Shown here in pieces: positions 1-8,839 of a stretch of DNA of 64,000 nucleotides. Each line of letters starts with the position of its first letter. The stretch's first letter is position 1. The translations under genes were made by a program, and so were the position numbers. Under the pieces are notes generated by a model. The model was not told where the DNA came from. It saw only the letters and a program-made list of their open reading frames with translations, and ran no database searches. The stretch comes from Thermoplasmata archaeon (lineage in GTDB: Archaea > Thermoplasmatota > Thermoplasmata > Lutacidiplasmatales > UBA184). The stretch covers positions 593 to 64,592 of the forward strand of contig DATJRX010000042.1 of assembly GCA_035504395.1 (NCBI GenBank), in the 5' to 3' direction.

Positions 1-2
1 CG

Positions 3-701
3 ATGCGCGAGCTGAAGGAGTCGCTGCAGGCGCTTTCGATCGACGAGTCGGTCCGGGCCGTCCTTCTCACCGGCGCGGGCGGCGCGTTCTCCGCAGGGGG
101 CGACGTCGCGACGATGGAGGAGTTCCGGTCGCGGGGCGAGCTGGTATCGCTCTTCCATGACCTGACCGGGGAGATGGAGGCCGCGATCCGGGAGATCGTC
201 GGCATGCCGAAGCCGGTGCTCGCGGCCCTGCCCGGGGTCGCGGCCGGGGGCGGACTTTCTCTCGCGCTGGCCGCCGACTGGAGGATCGCCAGCGAGAACG
301 CGACGCTCGTCCCCGCGTTCGGGGCTCTCGGGGCCGTCCCGGACGGGGGTCTGACGTACTTCCTTCCCCACTACCTCGGCCTCGGGCTCGCTCAGGAGAT
401 GATCTTCACGAATGCGCGGGTCCCGGCGGCGCGCGCTCGCGAGCTGGGCCTGGTGCACGAGGTCGTCCCGCCCCCGGCCCTCATCGGCCGCGCCGAGGCG
501 CGTCTCGCCGAGCTGGCCGACGGTCCGACGTTCGCCTACGGGCGGGCCAAGCGGCTCCTGGTCGCGGCATTCGGGGGCACCCTCGAGACCCAGATGGCGC
601 TCGAGCGGCGGGCCGCGGTGGAGGCCGCCGCGCGACCGGAGCTCGACGAGGGCATCCGGGCGTTCGTCGAGAAGCGTCCCCCGAAGTTTGGCTCCGTCTA
701 G
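3..701 (+). CDS. enoyl-CoA hydratase/isomerase (crotonase) family, 5'-partial
   Basis: ORF 3..701. Crotonase-fold motifs LLTGAGGAFSAGGD and PKPVLAALPGVAAGGGLSLALAADWRIA. The usual N-terminal ~30 aa are missing, so the gene probably starts left of the window. Confidence 0.85.
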   Translation: MRELKESLQALSIDESVRAVLLTGAGGAFSAGGDVATMEEFRSRGELVSLFHDLTGEMEAAIREIVGMPKPVLAALPGVAAGGGLSLALAADWRIASENATLVPAFGALGAVPDGGLTYFLPHYLGLGLAQEMIFTNARVPAARARELGLVHEVVPPPALIGRAEARLAELADGPTFAYGRAKRLLVAAFGGTLETQMALERRAAVEAAARPELDEGIRAFVEKRPPKFGSV

Positions 702-1339
702 GCCCCGGGCGCCGGCGGAGGTCGAGCGGGCGGGGTCCACGGCCGCTCCAGCATCGACTCGAGGCGAGTCCGCACCGCCGGCCATTCCGTGACGAGGATG
801 CTGAACATGACGGAGGAACGGCGGTACCCGTCGGGGAGCAGGGCGTCCTCCCGGAGCACGCCCTCCCGGACGGCCCCGAGGCGAGCGATCGCGGTCTGAG
901 ACCGCTCGTTCCGGGAATCCGTCTGCAGCTGGACCCGGTGCGCTCCTTCCCCCTCGAACGCGTGGCGGAGCAGGAGGAGCTTCGACTCGGTGTTGACCGG
1001 CGTGCGCCAGAACGCGGGATCGAGCCAGGTGCCCCCGATCTCGACGCTCTCGTTGGGTCGGTCGATCCGAAGGTAGCGGGTCATCCCGATCGCCTCCCCC
1101 GTCGGTCGGAACCGGGTCGTGAACGGAAGATCGGTCCCTGCGGTCTGCAAGGCGAGGAGCTCGTCCACCACGAGGTCGAGGTCGGCGGGCACCCGAGGGA
1201 CGCCGATCCGCAGGTACCGCATGACCTCGGGACGACGGGCGGTCTCCCACAGCTGGGCGGCGTGGCTCCGGGCGAGCGGAACGAGCTCGACCCAGCGACC
1301 GCGGAACGAGCAGGGGGTGCGGAACGCGTCGGGTCGCAT
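698..1339 (-). CDS. GNAT family N-acetyltransferase (RimJ/RimL-like)
   Basis: 213-aa ORF. IGGTWLDPAFWRTPVNTESKLLLLRHAFE...RVQLQTDSRNERSQTAIARLGAVREGVLR fits the RimJ/RimL-type acetyltransferase core. A TATA-like gcgttaaacc (minus) is centred ~27 nt upstream of the ATG. Confidence 0.75.
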   Translation of the reverse strand: MRPDAFRTPCSFRGRWVELVPLARSHAAQLWETARRPEVMRYLRIGVPRVPADLDLVVDELLALQTAGTDLPFTTRFRPTGEAIGMTRYLRIDRPNESVEIGGTWLDPAFWRTPVNTESKLLLLRHAFEGEGAHRVQLQTDSRNERSQTAIARLGAVREGVLREDALLPDGYRRSSVMFSILVTEWPAVRTRLESMLERPWTPPARPPPAPGA

Positions 1340-1418
1340 CGCCCGCCCGAGCGGGCCGGCGGTTTAACGCGAACGGCACGCGGCCCGGCCGCCGGCCGGC
1401 GCGCCGCGGCGGCTACGG

Positions 1419-1426
1419 TTAAATAA
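1419..1426 (+). promoter_or_regulatory. TATA box candidate for the nuo operon
   Basis: AT island ttaaataa in a GC-rich intergenic region, ~40-50 nt upstream of the nuoA start candidates. Confidence 0.5.
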
Positions 1427-1465
1427 CGTCCGGAGGTCCCAACAGTACTACTCGCCGACCGGTAG

Positions 1466-1840
1466 GTGGACTCCATGGAAGCGGGCGTCGCGACGTTCCT
1501 CGTTTTCGCCGTGATCGCCACCGCGTTCGGGGTCGGTTCGATCGTCGCCAACCGGACCTTGGGCGCCAAGCGGCGCCGATCGTACCTCCAGCGCACGACG
1601 TACGAGTGCGGCGAGGAAGCGGAGGGCGAGGCCCAGATCGACTTCCCCACCCAGCACTACACGTTCGCGATCGTCTTCGTCGCGGTCGACGTCCTCGGGT
1701 TCATCCTCGCGCTGTGGGGCCTGACGTTCCGGGGCGCGAACTCCGCGTGGTTCCCCGTGTTCGTCGCGGTCGCGTTCACGGCCCTCGCCATGACGGGCAT
1801 CTACTACGCCCTCAGCGGCGAGAAGAGGTGGGTCGTATGA
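1466..1840 (+). CDS. nuoA: NADH-quinone oxidoreductase subunit A
   Basis: 124-aa 3-TM ORF with the YECGEE...[10 protein letters not shown] pattern typical of NuoA/ND3. First gene of the operon. ATG 1475, preceded by GGTAGGTGGA, is an alternative to GTG 1466. Confidence 0.9.
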   Translation: MDSMEAGVATFLVFAVIATAFGVGSIVANRTLGAKRRRSYLQRTTYECGEEAEGEAQIDFPTQHYTFAIVFVAVDVLGFILALWGLTFRGANSAWFPVFVAVAFTALAMTGIYYALSGEKRWVV

Positions 1841-2457
1841 CGACCCCGGCCCCGGCCGTGACCCCGGCAAAGCCGGGGACGCCCGACGCCTACCGTCTCG
1901 AGGGGGACCTCCCGATGGTCGGCCAGCCGGCGGTCCCGCTCTTCGAGATCGAGACCCTCCGGGCCAAGGAGTTCATCCCCGCCGCCCGGGAGACCCTCTC
2001 CGCCCTGATCAAGGAGCAGGGCGAGGGGAAGGTCATCCGGCCGGTCTTCAACTGGGCCGGGCGGAACTCGCTGTTCCCGCTCCACTGGGGGCTCGCCTGC
2101 TGTGCGATCGAGTTTGCGGCCGGCTTCGGCGCCCGCTGGGACGCAGAGCGCTTCGGCGTCGTCCCCCGGTCCTCGCCCCGCCAGTGCGACCTCATGATCG
2201 TCAACGGGACCGTGACCTGGAAGGTCGCCCACAAGCTGATCACGCTCTACGAGCAGATGCCCGAGCCGAAGTGGGTCATCGCGATGGGGAACTGCGCCAC
2301 CGGTGGGGGTCCGTTCCGGACGGCCTACTCGGTCGTGCCGGGCGTCGACAAGCTCGTGCCGGTCGACGTCTACATCGCGGGCTGCCCGCCCCGGCCGGAG
2401 GCGATGCTCGACGGGATCCTCAAGCTCGAGGAGCTGATCCGGGAGCGCAAGGAGTAG
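1837..2457 (+). CDS. nuoB: NADH-quinone oxidoreductase subunit B
   Basis: In the frame of track ORF 1606..2457. ATG 1837 overlaps the nuoA stop (ATGA). Cluster N2 ligand motifs [18 protein letters not shown] and IAGCPPRPE. Confidence 0.92.
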   Translation: MTTPAPAVTPAKPGTPDAYRLEGDLPMVGQPAVPLFEIETLRAKEFIPAARETLSALIKEQGEGKVIRPVFNWAGRNSLFPLHWGLACCAIEFAAGFGARWDAERFGVVPRSSPRQCDLMIVNGTVTWKVAHKLITLYEQMPEPKWVIAMGNCATGGGPFRTAYSVVPGVDKLVPVDVYIAGCPPRPEAMLDGILKLEELIRERKE

Positions 2458-2494
2458 TCGGCGTGGCCGACGATCCGCATCGGAGGGGGAGGAC

Positions 2495-2971
2495 GTGCAG
2501 CCGGACGACCTCACACAAGCTCTCGCGCCGGTGCTCGGCGATCGCCTGATCGCGGTCGACGCGTTCCCCAACACGGCGGGCCGGATCCGGTTCCGGCCGG
2601 ACGGCGCCCTCGACCTGTTCCGGGCCCTCCGGGACGACCTCCACTTCGGCCACCTCTCGATGGTCGCGGGCATCGACTGGGTCGACCACCGCGAGGTGGT
2701 CTACACCCTCTGGAGCGACGCGGCCCGCCAGTACGTGCTCCTCTCGGCCGACGTCCCGGCCGACCACGCGCACATCGAGAGCGCTTCGGGCGTCTGGCCG
2801 AGCGCGAACTGGCACGAGCGCGAGGCGTGGGAGCTCGTCGACATCACGTTCGACCACCACCCCGACCTCCGCCACCTCCTCACGCCCGACGGGTACGAGT
2901 TCCATCCGCTCCTGCGATCGTTCAAGCTCCACGAGCCCGAGGAGCTGGAGGTCAAGTCGCGCCATGTCTGA
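2495..2971 (+). CDS. nuoC: NADH-quinone oxidoreductase subunit C
   Basis: 158-aa ORF with a GTG start behind GGAGGGGGAGG. 30-kDa subunit motif WPSANWHEREAWE. Confidence 0.9.
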   Translation: MQPDDLTQALAPVLGDRLIAVDAFPNTAGRIRFRPDGALDLFRALRDDLHFGHLSMVAGIDWVDHREVVYTLWSDAARQYVLLSADVPADHAHIESASGVWPSANWHEREAWELVDITFDHHPDLRHLLTPDGYEFHPLLRSFKLHEPEELEVKSRHV

Positions 2972-4109
2972 GATGTGGATCAACATGGGGCCGCAGCACC
3001 CCATGACGCACGGGCTCTGGAACCTCCGCGTCAAGATCGACGGGGAGATGGTGCTCGACGTCGACCCCGAGATGGGCTACCTCCACCGCGGGATCGAGAA
3101 GATCAGCGAGGACCGGCACTACAACGAGGTGATCACCCTCATGGACCGGTGCTGCTACGTCGCCGGGTTCGCCTGGGAGCACCTCTACATCCAGGCCGCG
3201 GAGAAGGCGCTCCACGTCGTGCCCCCGGAGCGGGCCGAGTACCTGCGCGTCCTCTCCGACGAGTTCCAGCGAATCGGTTCGCACCTCATGTGGTACGCGG
3301 CGTTCGTGCAGGACCTCGGGCTGATGAGCCCGTTCCTCTACGGCATGCGGGACCGCGACCTGGTGCTGGACCTCTTCCAGAGCTACACCGGGGCCCGGCT
3401 CACGTACGAGTACATGCGCGTGGGCGGGGTGCGCAACGACCTCCCGCCGGGCTTCACCGACCGGGCGCGGAAGGTGCTCGACTGGCTCGACGACCGGTAC
3501 CGAGAGTACGACCAGTTGTGCATGGGGTCGACGATCTTCCGGGAGCGGTGCGACGACCTGGGGATCCTGAAGGCGAACGACTGCATCGCCCACGGGGTCA
3601 CCGGGCCGATGCTGCGCGCGGCCGGCGTGCGGCGGGACCTCCGCAAGGACCGCCCGTACTCGGTCTACGCGGACCTCCAGTTCGACGTCGCCCTCGCCGA
3701 CGCCGCCGACGTGACCGCGCGCTACCTGGTGCGCATGGAGGAGCTGCGTCAGTCGAACCGCATCCTGCGCCAGGTGCTCGACTGGCTCGACCACCACCCG
3801 GGTCCGGTGATGGCGGAGAACGTGCCCCGCTGGCTCGGGGCGCCGTACGCCCCGATCGGGAACGAGGGCTACCTGCTGAAGCGCAGCTATCCGAAGGGGG
3901 TCGGCTTCTCCGCCGTCGAGGAGCCCCACGGCGAGGCGTGCGCCTACGTGGTGAACGAGGGCGCCCTCCACCCGTACCGGGTCAAGTTCCGCTCGCCGGT
4001 GTTCGGGAACATGAGCGCGGCCCGTCAGTACCTGGTCGGCTACCACGTCGCCGACATCCCGCCGATCATGGGGAGCGTCGACGTCTGCGTCGGGGAGGTC
4101 GACCGCTAG
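2964..4109 (+). CDS. nuoD: NADH-quinone oxidoreductase subunit D
   Basis: 381-aa ORF overlapping nuoC by 8 nt. Motifs GPQHPMTHG, YLHRGIEK and C-terminal DIPPIMGSVDVCVGEVDR. Confidence 0.95.
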   Translation: MSEMWINMGPQHPMTHGLWNLRVKIDGEMVLDVDPEMGYLHRGIEKISEDRHYNEVITLMDRCCYVAGFAWEHLYIQAAEKALHVVPPERAEYLRVLSDEFQRIGSHLMWYAAFVQDLGLMSPFLYGMRDRDLVLDLFQSYTGARLTYEYMRVGGVRNDLPPGFTDRARKVLDWLDDRYREYDQLCMGSTIFRERCDDLGILKANDCIAHGVTGPMLRAAGVRRDLRKDRPYSVYADLQFDVALADAADVTARYLVRMEELRQSNRILRQVLDWLDHHPGPVMAENVPRWLGAPYAPIGNEGYLLKRSYPKGVGFSAVEEPHGEACAYVVNEGALHPYRVKFRSPVFGNMSAARQYLVGYHVADIPPIMGSVDVCVGEVDR

Positions 4110-4115
4110 GACCCC

Positions 4116-5243
4116 ATGACGCCGCTCACGCTCTACGGGGTCTCGTACGACCTCTCGAACGCGATCCTCAACCTGATCGGATTCATCATCCCGCCGATCC
4201 GGGCGCCGATCACGAACGGCGACGTCGTCACCGGTCTCGGCGTCCTGATCTTCGGGGCGCTGCTGCTCGCGGCGAGCATGCTCAACACGATCCTGCTGAT
4301 CTGGTGGGAGCGCAAGCTGCTCGGGCGGTTCATGGACCGGCGCGGCGCGATGCACGTCGGCTTCGCCGGACTGCTCCAGAACTTCGCGGACGGCCTGAAG
4401 CTGTTCCGCAAGAACACCTTCCAGCCGGCGGAGGCGGACACGCTCGGGTTCTACTCGGGCCCGACCGCGTACATGGTCGCCTCGATGATCCTGTTCGGGA
4501 TCCTGCCGATCTCCTCGGGGTGGAACTCGGGGACCCTGCCGCTCTCGCTGCTCCTCGCGCTCGCGATCTTCTCCTTCGCGCCGCTGTTCATCTTCATCAG
4601 CGCGTGGTCGAGCAACAACAAGTACTCGCTGATGGGCGGGATGCGGTCCGCCGCCCAGATGATCGCCTACGAGGTCCCGATCCTCCTGGCGGTCGTCTCG
4701 GTCGTGATCCTGGCCGGGAGCTTCAACCTCACCACGATCGTCTACGAGCAGCAGAACTACTGGTTCTGGGGCCCGCTCGTCGTCGCGCTGATCGTCTTCG
4801 TCGCCGGGATGCTCGCCGAGATGGAGCGGATCCCGTTCGACCTCCCCGAGGCCGAGGCCGAGCTGGTCGAGGGCTGGAACACGGAGTACGGCGGGATGCT
4901 GTTCGCCTTCTTCATGCTCGCCGACTACCTTCGCGCGCTCGTCGGGAGCATCCTGGTCGTGCTCCTCTTCCTCGGCGGCTGGACGATGCCGTCGTACGTC
5001 CCGAGCGCGCTCACATCGTTCCCGCTCGCCGGGATCGTGTGGTTCATGCTCAAGACCTACATCGTCTTCGGGCTGTTCGTCTGGGTCCGCGCGGCCCTCC
5101 CCCGCGTGCGCACCGACCAGCTCCTGAGGGTCGGGTGGAACCGGATGATCCCGCTGAGCCTGCTCTCGGTCTTCCTCGCCGCGGTCCTCGTCATGGTGAA
5201 GTGCGTCCCCGGTCTCGGCTGCGTCCCGTCGCCGGGGGTCTAG
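4116..5243 (+). CDS. nuoH: NADH-quinone oxidoreductase subunit H
   Basis: 375-aa polytopic ORF. NuoH/ND1 motifs WWERKLLGRFMDRRG and EAEAELVEGWNTEYGGM. Confidence 0.93.
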   Translation: MTPLTLYGVSYDLSNAILNLIGFIIPPIRAPITNGDVVTGLGVLIFGALLLAASMLNTILLIWWERKLLGRFMDRRGAMHVGFAGLLQNFADGLKLFRKNTFQPAEADTLGFYSGPTAYMVASMILFGILPISSGWNSGTLPLSLLLALAIFSFAPLFIFISAWSSNNKYSLMGGMRSAAQMIAYEVPILLAVVSVVILAGSFNLTTIVYEQQNYWFWGPLVVALIVFVAGMLAEMERIPFDLPEAEAELVEGWNTEYGGMLFAFFMLADYLRALVGSILVVLLFLGGWTMPSYVPSALTSFPLAGIVWFMLKTYIVFGLFVWVRAALPRVRTDQLLRVGWNRMIPLSLLSVFLAAVLVMVKCVPGLGCVPSPGV

Positions 5244-5253
5244 AGGGAACGCG

Positions 5254-6033
5254 ATGGCAGCCCCCGCAGCGACCAAGGAGAAGCCGAGCGACAATCCCGT
5301 CCTGTTCGTCGCCCGGCCCATGGCGACGGCCGCGCGCCAGTTCGCGAAGAGCCTGATCCGCCCGTCCACGATCCTCTATCCGTTCGAGCGCCTCGAGGAC
5401 CCCCAGTTCCGGGACGAGGTCCGGGTCGCCTCGGGCAAGCCGCTCGGGGTCGGCCACGTCTGGGACAACTACCGTGGCGTCCACGCGCTGAACATCGCGA
5501 CCTGCATCAGCTGCAACCTCTGCGCGTTCTCCTGCCCCGATCTCTGCATCGACATGGTCACCGTGCCCGGCGGCGACCCGAAGCACCCGAAGAAGTGCCC
5601 GCAGATCGACTACGGGAAGTGCAGCTACTGCGGGTTCTGCTCGGACGCGTGCCCCGAGGGCTGCCTCTCGATGACCACGCGCTACGAGCTCTCGACGCCG
5701 AAGCGCTCGGAGATGGTCTACTCGCCCGAGAAGCTGTTCGCGATCTTCCAGCACAAGCTGCCGATGAACCCGATCCGCGTCGAGCGGCCCGCGAACGAGG
5801 ACTCGATCCTCCTCGATCCGCCGCTGTGCATCGGGTGCAACGCGTGCGCGCGGGACTGCCCGACGAACTGCATCACGATGCTCGAGATCCCGAAGCCCGA
5901 CGCGAAGCCGGGCGAGAAGCTCCCGAAGCGGATCTGGAAGGAGCCCGTGGTGAACGACTCGGACTGCGTCCGCTGCGGCACCTGCATCAGCGTGTGCCCC
6001 AAGGACTGCCTCTTCTGGGGGACGCGCAAGTGA
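5254..6033 (+). CDS. nuoI: NADH-quinone oxidoreductase subunit I with an extra C-terminal 2x[4Fe-4S] domain
   Basis: 259-aa ORF with four CxxCxxCxxxCP motifs (CISCNLCAFSCP, CSYCGFCSDACP, CIGCNACARDCP, CVRCGTCISVCP). The position between nuoH and nuoJ fits NuoI. Confidence 0.9.
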   Translation: MAAPAATKEKPSDNPVLFVARPMATAARQFAKSLIRPSTILYPFERLEDPQFRDEVRVASGKPLGVGHVWDNYRGVHALNIATCISCNLCAFSCPDLCIDMVTVPGGDPKHPKKCPQIDYGKCSYCGFCSDACPEGCLSMTTRYELSTPKRSEMVYSPEKLFAIFQHKLPMNPIRVERPANEDSILLDPPLCIGCNACARDCPTNCITMLEIPKPDAKPGEKLPKRIWKEPVVNDSDCVRCGTCISVCPKDCLFWGTRK

Positions 6034-6518
6034 GCCTCGAGGAACTGGCGTTCCTCGCGCTCGCGCTGGTCGCCGTCGTCACCGCGCTCGCGGCCCTCCT
6101 CGTGCGCGAGCTCGTCCACACGATCCTGTGGATCGCGATGTTCTTCGTCGACCTCGCGGCGATCTACTTCCTGCTCGACGCGCCGTTCCTGGGCGTCCTC
6201 CAGCTCGGGGTCTACGCCGGCGCGGTCACGATCCTGCTGCTGTTCGGCATCATGGTCACGCGCAAGCGGATCTTCGCGCGGGAGGCGGCGACGGGCATCG
6301 GGCCGGTCCCGCTCGCGCTCGCGATCGTCACGTTCATCTTCCTGATCTCGGCCCTGGGCGAGCTCCCGCAGTCGGAAACGGCGGTCGCGAGCTACGACCC
6401 CACCGCGCTGAGCGTGAACCTCTTCGGACCCAACGGCGCCTGGCTGCTCCTGCTCGGCTTGATCATGCTCGCCGGTGTCTCGGGCGCGATCTACCTCGTC
6501 CGGGAGGGCCGCGATTGA
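6030..6518 (+). CDS. nuoJ: NADH-quinone oxidoreductase subunit J
   Basis: GTG 6030 overlaps the nuoI stop (GTGA). 162 aa, multi-TM (VSLEELAFLALALVAVVTALAALLV...). The upstream part of track ORF 5595..6518 is a shadow of nuoI. Confidence 0.85.
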   Translation: MSLEELAFLALALVAVVTALAALLVRELVHTILWIAMFFVDLAAIYFLLDAPFLGVLQLGVYAGAVTILLLFGIMVTRKRIFAREAATGIGPVPLALAIVTFIFLISALGELPQSETAVASYDPTALSVNLFGPNGAWLLLLGLIMLAGVSGAIYLVREGRD

Positions 6519-6835
6519 CCGACCTCGCCCTGCCCGGCTTCCTCGCGCTCTCGGCGGCGCTCCTCGGGGTCGGGATCTTCGGCATCCTCACCCGGCGGAA
6601 CTTCATCCTCCTCCTGATCGCGGTCGAGATCGCGATGAACGCCGCGATCCTGAACTTCGTCTACTTCGCCGCGTTCCCCGCGAACGGGGCCACCGGCATC
6701 TCGGGCCAGTCGATCGCGGTCGTCCTCATCGGGTTCGCCGCCACCGAGGTCGCCGTCGGCCTTGCGATCGTCCTCGCCCTCAACCGGCTGAAGGGCACGA
6801 TCAACGTGGCCCAGGCGAACGACCTCAAGCTGTAG
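6515..6835 (+). CDS. nuoK: NADH-quinone oxidoreductase subunit K
   Basis: TTG 6515 overlaps the nuoJ stop (TTGA). 106 aa, 3 TM (LTDLALPGFLALSAALLGVGIFGILTRRNFILLLIAVEIAMNAA...), typical NuoK/ND4L. In the frame of track ORF 6128..6835. Confidence 0.85.
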   Translation: MTDLALPGFLALSAALLGVGIFGILTRRNFILLLIAVEIAMNAAILNFVYFAAFPANGATGISGQSIAVVLIGFAATEVAVGLAIVLALNRLKGTINVAQANDLKL

Positions 6836-6924
6836 GGTAGGAGGGGAGCGTCACGGTCGGGCTCAGCATCCTGTTCTCCTGGGCGTTCCTCGTCCCGCTG
6901 TTCTCCGTCGCGTCGTTCGTCCTC

Positions 6925-8838
6925 GTGGGGGTCGCGGGCCCGCGCCTCAAGACCCTCGAGTGGGGCGGCTGGGTCGCGGTCGGGTTCGCGGGGGCCGCGA
7001 TGGTCCTCGGGGTGCTGATCGCCCTCGGCGAGATGCTGAGCCCGGGCACCTACACGAACGTCCAGTTCACCTGGCTCCACCTGCCGCCCGCGCCCGGGCC
7101 GTTCCCGAACGGCTTCTCGCTCGTCATGGGGACGCTGGTCGACCCGCTCTCGTCGCTGATGCTGGTGGTGGTGACGGTCGTCGGGTTCCTGGTGATGCTG
7201 TACTCGATCGGGTACATGCACCACGACCACGGGCTCCCCCGGTACTACGCGGAGCTCTCCCTTTTCCTCGCCTCGATGACGGGGCTCGTCCTCGCCAACA
7301 ACCTGCTCGAGTTTTTCCTCTTCTGGGAGCTGGTCGGCGTCTGCTCGTACTTCCTGATCGGATTCTACTACGAGAAGCCGAGCGCCGCGAGCGCGGCGAA
7401 GGAGGCGTTCCTGGTCACGCGCGTCGGCGACATCATGTTCCTCCTCGGGATCTTCATCTTCTTCTCCCAGTACGCCACGGCCGGCCCGTCGGGCGGGTGG
7501 GCGGCGAACGGGTTCGTCTTCGCCCATGGGAACGCGCCGTTCCTGCCGGTCGGGACCGGGAGCAACACGCTGCTCCTCACGGTCGCGGGGATCATGATCC
7601 TCGGCGGCGCGGCGGGGAAGAGCGCGCAGTTCCCGCTCCACGTGTGGCTCCCGGACGCGATGGAAGGCCCGACCACGGTCTCGGCGCTGATCCATGCCGC
7701 GACGATGGTCGCGGCGGGCGTCTACCTCCTCGCGATCACCTCGGTCTTCATCGGCTTCACGTCGACCGACCAGCTCGCGATCGTCGCGATCGGGGGCTTC
7801 ACGACGTTCTTCGCCGCGACCATGGCCGTGGTCCACCCGGACATCAAGCGCGTGATCGCGTACTCGACCATCAGCCAGCTCGGCTACATGGTCCTCGCCG
7901 TCGGCGCCGGCTTCGCGATGGTCGGACTGTACCACCTGTTCACGCACGCGTTCTTCAAGGCGCTCCTGTTCCTCGCCGCGGGCTCGGTCATCCACGCCGT
8001 CGGGACGCAGGACCTGTTCAAGATGGGCGGACTGCGCAAGCCCATGCGGCTGACGGCCGCGGCGTTCGCGATCGGCGGCCTCGCGCTGGCCGGCATCCCT
8101 CCGTTCGCCGGCTTCTGGAGCAAGGACGACATCCTGTCGTCCGTCTACTCGACGCTCGGGACGCACCCGCTCTACTGGCCGTTCTTCCTCCTCGCGCTCC
8201 TCGCGGTCTTCCTGACGGCCTACTACATCTTCCGGGCCTGGTTCCTCGCCTTCTCGGGCGACCGTCCGCGCGATCCCACGCTCCCCGAGGCGCACGAGGG
8301 ACCGTGGATGATGCAGGTCCCGCTCGCCGTCCTGTCGGCGTTCGCGGTCGTCGCGGGCCTGTTCGTGTTCATCCCCGGCTTCGCGTCGCTCCTCCCCGGG
8401 GTCGGCATCCCGCCGACCTACACGTCGACCGACCTCGTCCTCTCCTCGATCAGCGTCGGGCTGGGCGCGGGCGGGATCGGGCTCGCCTACTCGCTCTGGG
8501 GCAACGGCCGGGTCTTCGAGCTGCCCGCGAACAGCGCGCTCCAGCCCGTGCGGCGCCTCCTCCTCAACCGGTACTACTACAAGGAGGCGGTCGACGCGTT
8601 CGGCCTCACGGTCGTCTACTCGGCCGCGCGGGCGGCCGACTTCTTCGACCGGTTCGTCATCGACGGGACGGTCCGCGGGCTGGAGCGGATGTTCGCCGCC
8701 GCGTCCGACCGCCTGCGCCGGATGCAGAGCGGGGTGGTCTCCGACTACGCGGCGTACGTGGTCGCGGGGCTCGTCGCGGTGTTCGTCCTCCTGCTGATCG
8801 TCGGCCCGTACGTCCTCGCGCGCTTCGGAGGGACCTAG
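6925..8838 (+). CDS. nuoL: NADH-quinone oxidoreductase subunit L (true N-terminus probably upstream, see findings)
   Basis: 637-aa ORF from the first canonical start (GTG 6925). ND5/NuoL motifs (FLFWELVGVCSYFLIGFYY, KSAQFPLHVWLPDAMEGPT). The frame is open back to the stop at 6838 and encodes a TM1-like helix there. Confidence 0.9.
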   Translation: MGVAGPRLKTLEWGGWVAVGFAGAAMVLGVLIALGEMLSPGTYTNVQFTWLHLPPAPGPFPNGFSLVMGTLVDPLSSLMLVVVTVVGFLVMLYSIGYMHHDHGLPRYYAELSLFLASMTGLVLANNLLEFFLFWELVGVCSYFLIGFYYEKPSAASAAKEAFLVTRVGDIMFLLGIFIFFSQYATAGPSGGWAANGFVFAHGNAPFLPVGTGSNTLLLTVAGIMILGGAAGKSAQFPLHVWLPDAMEGPTTVSALIHAATMVAAGVYLLAITSVFIGFTSTDQLAIVAIGGFTTFFAATMAVVHPDIKRVIAYSTISQLGYMVLAVGAGFAMVGLYHLFTHAFFKALLFLAAGSVIHAVGTQDLFKMGGLRKPMRLTAAAFAIGGLALAGIPPFAGFWSKDDILSSVYSTLGTHPLYWPFFLLALLAVFLTAYYIFRAWFLAFSGDRPRDPTLPEAHEGPWMMQVPLAVLSAFAVVAGLFVFIPGFASLLPGVGIPPTYTSTDLVLSSISVGLGAGGIGLAYSLWGNGRVFELPANSALQPVRRLLLNRYYYKEAVDAFGLTVVYSAARAADFFDRFVIDGTVRGLERMFAAASDRLRRMQSGVVSDYAAYVVAGLVAVFVLLLIVGPYVLARFGGT

Positions 8839-8839
8839 G

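Noticed and set aside
2952-5369. 805-aa minus-strand ORF, and the 793-aa plus-strand ORF 2975..5356, covering nuoD-nuoH
   Set aside because: Composition is Arg/Asp/Glu/Pro/Gly-dominated low complexity. They overlap nuoD and nuoH, which have unmistakable family motifs in another frame. These are typical shadow ORFs of GC-rich DNA, where stop codons are rare.
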